Assembly: GCA_035250975.1 (NCBI GenBank)
Contig: DATFEP010000036.1
Span: 1-27,321 of the forward strand
Length of the DNA stretch: 27,321 bases
From: Nitrososphaeraceae archaeon
GTDB lineage: Archaea; Thermoproteota; Nitrososphaeria; Nitrososphaerales; Nitrososphaeraceae
Direction of reading: 5' to 3'
Shown here: positions 1 through 9,801 of the stretch, piece after piece
Layout: the number at the start of each line of letters is the position of its first letter
How positions within the stretch are numbered: the first letter of the stretch is position 1
Notes under the pieces: model-generated
Told to the model about the DNA's origin: nothing
What the model saw: only the letters and a program-made list of their open reading frames with translations
Databases searched by the model: none
Program-made: the position numbers and the translations under genes

Positions 1-264
1 TGATGAATGCTGATACTCTTTTTCTCTTGTAAATCCGTAATGAACCAAATCGTTGAATCCATTCCCAGACTGCAACATGACTTCTTTTCTCATCTCTAAA
101 GATTACTAATGCTTTAGATGTATTCCGTAGACTCAAACCAACAAAGTACAAATACAAAGAATACATTACTATACATATAGATGATCTATTTCTGACAAAT
201 CTCAATAACATATGTCAGAATAGAACGCTCACAGCTAAAGCTCTATCGTTAACTTAACAGCACC
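1..264 (-). mobile_element. IS6-family insertion sequence, left end plus 5' part of transposase (runs off window start)
   Basis: Minus-strand ORF from ATG at 211 reads MLLRFVRNRSSIYVVMYSLYLYFVGLSLRNTSKALVIFRDEKRSHVAVWEWIQRFGSLRIYKRKRVSAFI, the typical N-terminal HTH of archaeal IS6 transposases. Terminus GGTGCTGTTAAGTTAAC (264-248) resembles IS6 terminal inverted repeats. Confidence 0.85.
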
Positions 265-276
265 AGAAAAAGTAAT

Positions 277-765
277 TTAATCATTGATTTTTTTATATCT
301 GTTAATAATTGCATTTATTCTTGAACCGTATTTTTCCTTATATACATTTCTGCATGCATCACAACAAAAAAAACGTTCGTGGCTACCAAATTTCAGAGTA
401 TACAATTTATTTACAATAGGTGTATTACAATGATTACACTTTACATCAAGGGTGATTCCATGAGTAGATGACTCGATATCTTTTTTCTTTTGTAGTAATT
501 GCTATGTTATATATTCTTGATATTTTATTAGACTATCAATTTCAAAATAATTAGCTTCTTTGTGTTTGGAAATCCGTAACCTATTTAAATCAAGAATTGG
601 AGATACAGATGTTATAACACCCATATCCACAAGTCTATTAAATCTAGCCTTAGCTGTTGGTGTACTTACGCCTATTTCTTTGGATATTTCACGAAATGAT
701 TTGCGACCATCATCTAATAGAGATTTCAATAATGCATTATCTCTATCACTAAGAATTATGACCAA
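277..765 (-). pseudogene. Lrp/AsnC-type wHTH + TRASH (metal-binding) transcriptional regulator, CopR/CopT-like, interrupted by one in-frame TAG at 502-504
   Basis: The N-terminal AsnC HTH (LLDDGRKSFREISKEIGVSTPT) is followed, in the same frame past the TAG, by KCNHCNTPIVNKLYTLKFGSHERFFCCDACRNVY (CxxC...CCxxC TRASH motif), ending at TAA 277-279. Confidence 0.8.
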
Positions 766-848
766 TATTTTATTTAGAACAAATACATATTAAAATTTTA
801 GATTTGTAAACAAAATAGATTATCTATCTCAATACAGTTTATAAATTA

Positions 849-1190
849 ATGGCTAAATTACAAAGTCAGAAATATCGTACTTGTATAGACGCATGTAATG
901 AATGCCTTGAAGCCTGTGAACTGTGTGCGGTAAAATGTCTGTATGATGAGAATGTAAAATCATTGGCAAAATGTGTAGAATTATGTGTTACATGTTCCCA
1001 TGCCTGTGCTGCTGCATCATTGGTAATGTCTGGTGAAAGTGAATATTCAAAAAAAGTTTGCAATTTGTGTGCCGAGATATGTGAAGCGTGTGCTTCTGAA
1101 TGTGAAAAACATGGTCAGAATATGGAACACTGCATGCTATGTGCTGAATCCTGTCGTCTATGTGCACAAGAATGTAGAAATATGAGTTAA
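849..1190 (+). CDS. Four-helix-bundle copper storage protein (Csp3/DUF326-like)
   Basis: 113 aa with 20 Cys in CxxxC/CxxC helical repeats, a KH...EHC motif and no signal peptide. Confidence 0.9.
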   Translation: MAKLQSQKYRTCIDACNECLEACELCAVKCLYDENVKSLAKCVELCVTCSHACAAASLVMSGESEYSKKVCNLCAEICEACASECEKHGQNMEHCMLCAESCRLCAQECRNMS

Positions 1191-1333
1191 TTAATCCTAT
1201 TTTATTTTTTTTAGTTTATGTTATAATAATTATCTATTTAAGTGTTGAATAAATCATATCATTTCACTTAGGGCAATCATTATTTAATACATATATAGAA
1301 TTTTTTTTATATTAGGTAGTCTAAAAAAAAATA

Positions 1334-1621
1334 ATGATAGATAGGATACAATATATACTATTCATAGTAACAGTAACAATGGGCATCTCATTATGTATTA
1401 GCAATGTCGCTGTTTCGGCGGCAATGACGGTCAATCCCCAAACCTTACAAGAAATAGAAAGTCATCTAAAAGAAGTACAGACAGCGTTAGACAACAAGTA
1501 TATTGGAGGTGCAAAAAGGCATTTGGATTTAGCAATGGAACTTTTAACTCAGCTTACAAACAAAACTGCCGGTTTGGAATCCTCACCTAGCATGGCTGAT
1601 AATACAACAAGCATCAGATAA
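1334..1621 (+). CDS. Small secreted helical hypothetical protein
   Basis: Hydrophobic N-terminal signal-like segment followed by two amphipathic helices. Confidence 0.65.
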   Translation: MIDRIQYILFIVTVTMGISLCISNVAVSAAMTVNPQTLQEIESHLKEVQTALDNKYIGGAKRHLDLAMELLTQLTNKTAGLESSPSMADNTTSIR

Positions 1622-1907
1622 ATTGGTGGATAAGGATAAAGATTTTTTTCTCACTTTTAGTGTGAATTGCAATACAGCAATATATTTTGTTAATACAATT
1701 TTTACATTTTATAACATTATTTTTAAGTTCATTATAATTACAGTTGCCAGTGAGCATTTACACTCATAGCATACAACGTCCTTTGTCATTTCTTTCTTTT
1801 ACTATTTTCAAATTATTAAGATAGAGACTTCCATCTTTTGATATTGTAGAATTATAGAAATTATTTATAGGGGTTAGAATTTTACAAATAAAATTGATAA
1901 TTTTTCC

Positions 1908-2277
1908 TCATAGTATGTTTTCTCTGTTTGTTCCTTCAAGAATCCATGTGTTACCTTCATCTATGCTTTTGTATACACTTGAAGCAATTTCCTTTTGAGA
2001 CGTTTATTGATTTAGTATTGTATAGATTTCACCATTCTGTCCTAATGCAAATTTCCATGCTGCTTTGGCATATGGAATTTGACCATCTGTCTTGATCCAA
2101 TTATTAATGGAATTATCTGATTTTATTAATATCCATTTTGATTATTAGTTTCTTCTTCTACCTTCGGTATTACATATGCAAATAGTTCATCATCTTGGTT
2201 AAACCTCAGTCCTGTAACAACAGAATCTCCAATTACTTCAGATTCAATTTTCTTCCAATTGTTTGCTTGGTCATTGA
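1908..2277 (-). pseudogene. Remnant of a BNR/Asp-box beta-propeller protein
   Basis: Fragments INDQANNW, KSDNSINNW and KSIDEGNTW (SxDxGxTW Asp-box) are separated by a frameshift near 2126 and by stops. Confidence 0.55.
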
Positions 2278-2598
2278 TGAAATCGATGGTGATCCCAATT
2301 CTGCAAATATTACTCAAAGATGTTGTACAGCATTAACACCTCCAAATCCACCAACAGAATATGATACAATCGCTGAAGGTTTAAAATAATATTCTTCAAG
2401 AAAATAATCAAGTATATTTTTCATAGCTGCAGAGGTACTATGGTTATATTCTGGAGTTATGGGCATATATCCATCTGTTTCCACAATTTGGTTCCTCAAT
2501 TGTTTTAGATTTTCAGGTGGATCTATAATTCCTTGTACATTTTATCTAAAAGTTGCAAATCGAGTTGGAGTGGATCTATAAAATATACGATATGGCCT
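2278..2598 (-). pseudogene. Degraded NADPH-dependent FMN reductase, paralog of 8236-8805
   Basis: HIVYFIDPLQLDLQLLDKMYKE / PEYNHSTSAAMKNILDYFLEEYYFKPSAIVSYS...*VIFAELGSPSI aligns with the intact copy. Frameshift near 2526, TGA at 2314-2316, both ends missing. Confidence 0.85.
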
Positions 2599-2874
2599 AC
2601 CTTTCAATCCTGCCTAGATATAGAATTCATCACCTTCAACTTTTCATAGACTTGAACGAAAGTAGAAAATTCTAGAATTCAATTAGATTATTAGTTGATG
2701 TTCAACATAAAAATAAAAGAAGATGCAGTAGATAAAAATGAGATTAGATAAAATATGAAAATCCATTAACAAAACTTTAGCTATTAAATAAGAAATATAT
2801 TTTTGAATTTATTAATGATGAAGAATGCAAAACTACAGTTAATAGTAAGATGGTATTTTCTTATAATATTAGGT

Positions 2875-3480
2875 ATGAATAAGAAGATCAAAATAATAAT
2901 TGGAGGAGTTATTGCAATTATTGCTATAGCTATAGGCACATATACAATTTCTCCGTTATTTATCAACACTACAGTAGATGAACCACTTCCACCAAGCAAG
3001 GATATAGATTTTAAAGAATTTATGGAATTGAGTGAAGATCAGAGAGCTACTATTGGCAAGGATATGACTCAAGAAGGGAAAGATAGTATTATGAGAGTGT
3101 TCGCACAAGAAAATGTAACTGTTAATGATGAAATGACTCTGCCAGAGAATCAAACTAACATGTTGACTGGGAACTTAATCGATGCTGGTGACGGTTTTCA
3201 TATGGCCTCGGGACAAGTAAAAGTGCTACAAGTTCCAGATGGAACCCAGGTTCTAAGATTTGAAAATCTTGAGGTAACTAATGGACCAGATCTATATGTC
3301 TATCTGTCTACAGACACAACTGCAGACGATTTTGTTAGTCTAGGAAAACTAAAGGGTAACATGGGAAACCAGAATTATCCAATTCCCGAAAACACGGATC
3401 TTGAAAAATATAAGACAGTATTAATCTGGTGTCAGGCCTTTTCTACGTTGTTTGGGAGTTCCCAATTATCACCTACATAA
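2875..3480 (+). CDS. Membrane-anchored DM13 domain protein
   Basis: N-terminal TM helix and DM13 motifs (H.ASG.V, NGPDLYVYLS, LKGNMGNQNY, VLIWCQAFSTLFG). Start at ATG 2875 preferred over 2803. Confidence 0.9.
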   Translation: MNKKIKIIIGGVIAIIAIAIGTYTISPLFINTTVDEPLPPSKDIDFKEFMELSEDQRATIGKDMTQEGKDSIMRVFAQENVTVNDEMTLPENQTNMLTGNLIDAGDGFHMASGQVKVLQVPDGTQVLRFENLEVTNGPDLYVYLSTDTTADDFVSLGKLKGNMGNQNYPIPENTDLEKYKTVLIWCQAFSTLFGSSQLSPT

Positions 3481-3614
3481 TTTTTCTATCTTTCTTTTCT
3501 GCAAATATCATTATTTAAAGATATAATTTACTAATTGTTAACAAAAGATAAAAGACAGAGATTTCTTGGAAAAATAAATATTTTATAATGTAGTTAATAG
3601 ATCGAGAATAAATT

Positions 3615-4706
3615 TTGAATAAAGATAACGATAAAAATGAAGATCTTGAAACAGTCCTAGTAATGCAAGGTGGAGGCTCTTTGGGTGCATATGGCTGTGG
3701 TGTTTATAAAACCTTAGCAAAACACAATATTGATTTTGATATTATTTCGGGAACATCAATAGGTGCAATCAATGCATCAATTATAGTCGGTTCAAAATCA
3801 GGTGAGCCAGCTACTGCACTGGAAGATTTCTGGCTTGATTTGTCGGAGAAATTTACTTTATCCCTTCCAGAAAGTTTAAGACCTTATTTTTCATCAACAT
3901 ATTCACTATTTTTTGGCAACCCTAAAGCATTCAAACCTGCTTGGTTTCCACCATACTCTCCGTTTTCCTATTTTAATTCTCCCTATTTATATGGAATTGC
4001 ACCGTTAAAAAACACCTTAGAGAATCATATAGATTTTACCAAACTTAACAGTAACAAAAGCTCACGTCTAATTATTACATCAACAGATATACAAAACGGC
4101 GAAGCTGTGGTCTTTGACAACCGTCAAAAACCTATTGATACAGATCATATAGTTGCCTGCGCAGGATTTCCATTTTATGGTATAGAATGGACCTTTAAAG
4201 ATGGACGGTATCTATGGGACGGGGCTCTGCAAAGTAATACTCCATTAAGAGAAGTGATTGATGCATCGCCCAAGAACGACAAGAAAGTGTATATGATAAA
4301 TCTTTTTCCTCGAAATCATTGTGACCTGCCAAGTAACATGTTTGAAGCAATACATAGAGCTAGAGATATCTCACATACAGATAAAACTGATCATAATGTT
4401 AGAATGTCACATGTTATTTCAAAATACTTGCTGATGTTAAAGGAAATGCATGAGATAATTGGTAGTGTAGAAGAGCATTTGGATTCAGAACGAAAAGCAA
4501 GATTGATGAAAGTGGAACGACTTTACCATAAATTCGCACTAGATCATGGTGCTATGATTAAAGAGATAGTTAGAATAGAGAGATCAGAAGAGACTCATTT
4601 CCTGTTTGAAGATGCCGATTTTTCAGTAAATACTATAAAAAAATTAATAAGTCAAGGCGAAAGAGATGCAGAAAAAGCTATTAGTAAGAGTAAAATGAAG
4701 CACTGA
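3615..4706 (+). CDS. Patatin-like phospholipase/esterase family protein
   Basis: QGGGSLG oxyanion motif, GTSIG nucleophile, WDGA catalytic Asp, and a C-terminal DFS...I..G extension. Confidence 0.9.
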   Translation: MNKDNDKNEDLETVLVMQGGGSLGAYGCGVYKTLAKHNIDFDIISGTSIGAINASIIVGSKSGEPATALEDFWLDLSEKFTLSLPESLRPYFSSTYSLFFGNPKAFKPAWFPPYSPFSYFNSPYLYGIAPLKNTLENHIDFTKLNSNKSSRLIITSTDIQNGEAVVFDNRQKPIDTDHIVACAGFPFYGIEWTFKDGRYLWDGALQSNTPLREVIDASPKNDKKVYMINLFPRNHCDLPSNMFEAIHRARDISHTDKTDHNVRMSHVISKYLLMLKEMHEIIGSVEEHLDSERKARLMKVERLYHKFALDHGAMIKEIVRIERSEETHFLFEDADFSVNTIKKLISQGERDAEKAISKSKMKH

Positions 4707-4963
4707 TTTCGACCTAAAATTTAATAAAAAACATATTATTTTCAAAAATATAGTATTATGTTACCAGATTTTAATTAATATCCAGATATAGGATATAAAT
4801 ATAAGTTTAAGATTGCTAACTTGAAACATAAATTATAATTGTTGTCTTTTTTTGTATATAGAATCATTTTCAATAGTTGAGATCGAAAGTAACATTCCTA
4901 AATATGTATCTGACTTCAGTATACGTGGCAAAAGAAAAATAACATATAATGTACAGAAATATT

Positions 4964-6376
4964 CTATTCTACATGGTGTTCGTGAAACAGCTTGTCATAG
5001 AAACGTATAGATTTTATATTTACGAATTCTAACATTCCATATCTGGATAGTTCCCTTCCAAATCCACTATGTTTAATCCCTCCAAATGGAACTCTTGGAT
5101 CTGAAACAACCATATTATTAACAGTAACAATTCCAGATTCAACCACTCTTGATAATTTATCAGCTTTATCTAAATTTTTAGTCCATATGCTAGCTCCCAA
5201 GCCAAATTCAGAATTATTTGCTATTTTGATGGCTTCAGTTTCATCCTCTACAACCGTTATTGGAGCCACCGGTCCAAATGTCTCCTCATTTGCAACACGC
5301 ATATCTGGAGTAACTTTACCAATTATCGTAGGTTTATAAAATGCACCTTTACTTCCGATCCTCTCACCACCAGTTAATATCTCACCACCTTTACTAATTG
5401 CGTCGTTAACCGTCATGTCAATGTTTTCCATGCTCTTCAAACTTGAAACTGGACCTATATCAGTGTTATCTGCCAGTGGATCTCCGATTTTTAGATCTTC
5501 TGTATTTTGTACAAATTTTTCTACAAATTCACCAGCAATTTTTTTTGCTACAATAAATCTCTTTGAAGCAATACAGCTCTGTCCACAATTTAAAAATCTC
5601 CCCTTCATTGCTCCCATCGCAGCTTTATCTACATCTGCATCTTCTAATACTATGAAAGGATCACTTCCACCCAGCTCAAGTACGCATTTTTTAAGTTGAG
5701 ATGTCGCCTTTTGTGCAACCTTTGCTCCAATTTCTACACTACCGGTAAATGTTACTCCATTGATGTCTGAATCAATCAATGTCTCTGCTATACTTGAATT
5801 TCCTACTAAAGTACTAAATACTCCTTCTGGTACTCCTATTTTTTTCATCAGATTTTCTATTTCTATTCCACATTGTAGTGTGGCACTAGCAGGTTTCAAC
5901 ACTATTGTATTTCCGGCAATCAATGAAGGTGCTGCAAATCTCAACGCCTGCCAATAAGGAAAATTCCATGGCATTATACTTCCAATTATTCCAATAGGTT
6001 GAAACGTTATTGTAGTCTTGATTGCGTCACTATTTAACGACTCGTCATTTAGATAGATTTCTCCATTATATGCATAGAAGTCCATAACCCATGCGCATTT
6101 ATCGACCTCCGATCGTGATTCTTTTATTGGTTTTCCCATTTCTTGCGTAGCTATCCGTGCAAGCATTTCCTTATCTTTTCGTATTTGCTCGGCTAACTGG
6201 TGCAAAAAAACTGATCTGTTGTGACCATTTGATTTCCATCTTACAAATTCATTTCTAGATTTTTTTATAACTTCTGTCACTTGTTCTTTATTCATATTAT
6301 CATATTCTGCTAAAACTTGTTCTGTAGCTGGATTTATTGTCCTTACTTTATTATTATGCATATTTTGGATATACAT
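4964..6376 (-). CDS. NAD(P)-dependent aldehyde dehydrogenase (succinate-semialdehyde dehydrogenase-like)
   Basis: MPWNFP, FTGS, LELGGSDP, GQSC and EETFGP motifs. True start may be 6358. Confidence 0.93.
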   Translation of the reverse strand: MYIQNMHNNKVRTINPATEQVLAEYDNMNKEQVTEVIKKSRNEFVRWKSNGHNRSVFLHQLAEQIRKDKEMLARIATQEMGKPIKESRSEVDKCAWVMDFYAYNGEIYLNDESLNSDAIKTTITFQPIGIIGSIMPWNFPYWQALRFAAPSLIAGNTIVLKPASATLQCGIEIENLMKKIGVPEGVFSTLVGNSSIAETLIDSDINGVTFTGSVEIGAKVAQKATSQLKKCVLELGGSDPFIVLEDADVDKAAMGAMKGRFLNCGQSCIASKRFIVAKKIAGEFVEKFVQNTEDLKIGDPLADNTDIGPVSSLKSMENIDMTVNDAISKGGEILTGGERIGSKGAFYKPTIIGKVTPDMRVANEETFGPVAPITVVEDETEAIKIANNSEFGLGASIWTKNLDKADKLSRVVESGIVTVNNMVVSDPRVPFGGIKHSGFGRELSRYGMLEFVNIKSIRFYDKLFHEHHVE

Positions 6377-6549
6377 ATCTGTTATATTAGATTGACTTTG
6401 TTCACGTGGATAATTAAAGAACCAAAAAAAATTATGAATGATATTTAAAATGTTTTAATACTGCCTATGAGTTTATTTGATAATGTTATTTTTTCATGAC
6501 ATCAATTTAGTCTACATATTTACAATAAAAAAACGAAGTCGTTTCTAAA

Positions 6550-7606
6550 ATGAAGGCTGTACAGGTGATAAAACCAAAAGAAAAGTTAGAAGAAAGAAAA
6601 TTGGTGAACCCAAAACCAAGAGGCAAGCAAGTTGTTGTAGAGATTAATTCTGCAGGTGTATGCCATAGCGATATACATATCTGGGAGGGAGGTTATGAGG
6701 GGACAAAAGGACAAATTATGAGTGTGCTAGAAAGGGGAGTCAAATTTCCTTTAACATTGGGGCATGAAATTGCTGGTACCGTAGAAGCAGTTGGAAGTGA
6801 TGTCGCTGGCATAAAGAAAGGACAAAATGTAGTTGTATACCCATGGATAGGTGATGGAGTTTGTCCTGCATGCCAAATTGGCGATGAACATATTTGTGGC
6901 CATCCCAGATCACTTGGTGTATTTTTGAATGGAGGTTACGCAGAGAAAGTTTGGCCCCGGATGCAAAATATGTCGTTGATATAGGGGATCTTGACCATGA
7001 TTCAGTCTCTTCCTTAGCTTGTTCGGGATTAACTTCTTTTACTGTAGTAAAGAATGCTGTTACTTCACCAAAACAAACTATGGTTATTACTGGAATTGGA
7101 GGACTTGGTTTAATGGTAGTACAGATAGCTCGATCACTTTTGAATCCTACGATCATCACAGTGGATATTGATGACAAACGTCTCAAACATGCTAGTAAAC
7201 TTGGTGCCGATCATGTAGTTAATTCAAGAAGTGGAGATGCAGTTAAGCAGGTTAAAAATATTACTAAGGCCTTGGTGCCGAAGCAGTGGTGGATTTTGTT
7301 AATGGTCCAATGACAGCAGGTCCAAGTCTGGAAATGTTATGAAAACGTGGTAAACTTGTGTTAGTGGGTTTGTTTGGAGGTTCAATTGACCTAAACCTTC
7401 CTCTTGTTCCATTGAGAGCTATGCAAATAATCGGTTCATATACTGGAAGACTTGCAGACCTCTCAGATCTTGTAGGCCTAGCGAGACGAGGTTCAATAAA
7501 TCCCATAATCTCAAAACGTTTCAAGTTAGATCAGGCCAATGAGGCAATTAGTCAGCTAAAAGCTGGCAAGATAATAGGACGAGCTGTATTGAATCCCAAT
7601 TCCTAG
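6550..7606 (+). pseudogene. Zn-dependent (MDR) alcohol dehydrogenase, broken
   Basis: GVCHSD, GHE, structural-Zn Cys cluster and GIGGLG are spread over three frames. Frameshifts near 6950 and 7270, in-frame TGA at 7340-7342. Confidence 0.9.
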
Positions 7607-7661
7607 CTCAACATAACTTTTGACAATCAAGTTAAAAAATGAAATCATTTCTCATTAAATC

Positions 7662-8165
7662 ATGATAGAATCTATATTAACATACGCACCATTAATCTCT
7701 GCAACAATAGTTTCAGGAGTTCTTACTATAGCTTTAATCAACTTTTCCTCGATGAGAAAAAATACCGACAGACAAAAACAACAAGAAATGAAAACTCTCA
7801 TGGTACAGACTGAACAGCAGATTTATGCTAGAATTATGGAGATGAGATTGAATTTAGAAAACACTGAAGCCTTTACGAAAATCGCTATGGAGAGTCCAAT
7901 ATTTGCCGAGAGATTCAAAGTCGTCGAAACCCCATCAGAATATTATATTATAGTGGCATTCTTTGATCTTTTTGAAGATATATTTCATCTTCATAAAAAT
8001 ACAGTGCTAGATGATTTTGTATGGAAAAGATGGAAGGTTATAATGTCAACTATGATGACTATCCCTAGATTTCAGAAGGTTTGGGAGATTACAAGATCAT
8101 CTCATCCAGATGAAGAATTTAGAAATTTCCTGGATTCATTAAATAAAGATAAAGTTGTTAATTAA
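7662..8165 (+). CDS. Hypothetical protein with N-terminal TM helix
   Basis: 167-aa ORF with a hydrophobic N-terminus and a helical soluble domain. Confidence 0.75.
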   Translation: MIESILTYAPLISATIVSGVLTIALINFSSMRKNTDRQKQQEMKTLMVQTEQQIYARIMEMRLNLENTEAFTKIAMESPIFAERFKVVETPSEYYIIVAFFDLFEDIFHLHKNTVLDDFVWKRWKVIMSTMMTIPRFQKVWEITRSSHPDEEFRNFLDSLNKDKVVN

Positions 8166-8235
8166 TTAGTTGACGTCTTAACTTGCATTCGAATTATAAA
8201 TCGTTATAAAATATGTTTTTATTATATTGTATCAA

Positions 8236-8805
8236 ATGGCTAAAATAGCTTTAATTCTGGGCTCTGTAAGAAGAGACAGACAAGGTATTAAGGTTGCAAG
8301 ATGGATTGAAAAAAAACTACAAGATAGGCATCATGAAGTCTTCTTTGTAGATCCCATGGATTTGAATCTTCCTTTGTTAGATAGAATGTTTAAAGAAATG
8401 AAAGATCCATCTGAAAAGCTTAAAGACTTACAAAGAAAAATAAAAGATGCCGAAGGATATCTAGCGGTTACGCCTGAATATAACCGGAGTACCTCTGCAG
8501 CGATGAAAAACACTCTTGATTACTTTCTAGAGGAATATTTCTTTAAACCATCTGCTATTGTATCGTATTCGCCTGGAATTTTTGGCGGTGTCAATGCCGC
8601 TCAACTGTTAAGACTTGTCTTTGCAGAATTAGGTGCACCTTCGATTCCATCAGCATTTACTATCTCTAGAGTTCACAACGCATTTTCAGAAAATGGTAAA
8701 TTAACCGACGAACAATATGAGAAAAGAATAGCTCGCTTTCTCGATGAATTTGAATGGTTTATTGCAGCATTAAAGAACCAACGAGAAAAAGGAGTTCCAT
8801 ACTAA
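8236..8805 (+). CDS. NADPH-dependent FMN reductase (flavodoxin-like)
   Basis: LGSVRRDRQG, TPEYN, MKNTLD and KPSAIVSYSPGIFGG motifs. Confidence 0.93.
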   Translation: MAKIALILGSVRRDRQGIKVARWIEKKLQDRHHEVFFVDPMDLNLPLLDRMFKEMKDPSEKLKDLQRKIKDAEGYLAVTPEYNRSTSAAMKNTLDYFLEEYFFKPSAIVSYSPGIFGGVNAAQLLRLVFAELGAPSIPSAFTISRVHNAFSENGKLTDEQYEKRIARFLDEFEWFIAALKNQREKGVPY

Positions 8806-8986
8806 TAAAGTATTTTTTAATATATCAATATCAATATCAATATTATTATCTACTTATCGTCGGATATATCAGGAGATATATTTAAAAAATACCTTCTAGA
8901 TTCATATGAATATTGATAATGATTTTCAGTATTTTTAAACTTTAAATATAAAACTTAATAAAATTTGTTGCAGAATAACTATTAGA

Positions 8987-9109
8987 ATGACCAACAATAA
9001 ACAAGAATTTAAGTGTGAAGGCTGTCATACTATCTTTGGTTCAGAAAGGGAATTAATGGAACATGAATCTTTCGCAAGACATAGACGCCCAGGTTCATGT
9101 TGGCAATAA
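8987..9109 (+). CDS. 40-aa C2H2-type zinc-finger microprotein (below ORF-track cutoff)
   Basis: MTNNKQEFKCEGCHTIFGSERELMEHESFARHRRPGSCWQ fits the F-x-C-x2-C-x3-F-x5-L-x2-H-x5-H pattern. Confidence 0.7.
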   Translation: MTNNKQEFKCEGCHTIFGSERELMEHESFARHRRPGSCWQ

Positions 9110-9551
9110 TGTATTGTTTATTACTAGAAGAACATTTAAAGAAAATGAAATATTTTTAGTTGAGTTCTTTAAATGATCCCATCTACTTTTGTGCAATCCG
9201 ATTTATGTCTATTATCTATTAAATAAAAACATATTAAAATCAGCAGTTTTGTTTAAAAGTTTGAACTAATTACAATCTATGATGATAATATTTTGTTCCT
9301 ATCTATTTGATAGATGGTATTTTATTTTTATTCTCTAATTTCTCAAATGAATTTGGCAAATTATAAATTATTGATCTGAATATTAAGGATATTAAAGAAA
9401 CAAAAAAAGATACCGATTTTAATTCTACTCTAAAAAAGAATAGAAAATTTTAAAAAAGATATGAATGATTCAAAATTTTTAAGATGACAAACTTATTTTT
9501 TTATTTTTAGATATAAAAGATATAAAAAGTATTGTCATGTTCGTTAAATTA

Positions 9552-9710
9552 AAAGTATTCTTTTTTTATCTTTTTCTTCTTTGGTCTGGGTCTCTCCTGT
9601 TCTGATGAATCTACAAACGATTTGAATCTTGGGAAACGTTTCTGTACTTGCTCTATGGTTCTCAATCTTTTCTTTGTACATTTATTTTACAATTTTTGAG
9701 GTAATGGAAT
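9552..9710 (-). mobile_element. Internal fragment of an IS5-like/DDE_Tnp_4 transposase
   Basis: IPLPQKL*NKCTKKRLRTIEQVQKRFPRFKSFVDSSEQERPRPKKKK resembles the F-[IV]-D-S-[ST]-E-Q-x-x-P-R-P motif around the first catalytic Asp. Recognised from memory of the family. Confidence 0.65.
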
Positions 9711-9712
9711 CT

Positions 9713-9765
9713 CCCAACTACATGTCATACCTGAAGCCCTCCGAGCCCATATACTAGTAGGGTTC
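9713..9765 (+). repeat. Dispersed site A (type 1)
   Basis: CCCAACTACATGTCATACCTGAAGCCCTCCGAGCCC-N11-GGGTTC. Confidence 0.9.
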
Positions 9766-9801
9766 AATGATATTTTTGCAAAGTTTAACTTGGAAAATAA
9801 A

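Noticed and set aside
502-504. In-frame TAG as pyrrolysine
   Set aside because: No pyl genes are in the window, other genes here end in TAG, and nonsense or frameshift lesions are common nearby.
6940-7345. Programmed frameshifting in the ADH
   Set aside because: Two frameshifts plus an in-frame TGA fit decay, and no slippery heptamer or stimulatory structure is evident.
560-9000. Antisense or overlapping ORFs 560-793, 866-1063, 2195-2389, 2784-2999, 2956-3153, 5415-5699, 5760-5957, 6740-7186, 7264-7524 and 8331-8513
   Set aside because: They are shadows of better-supported genes on the opposite strand and have no motifs.
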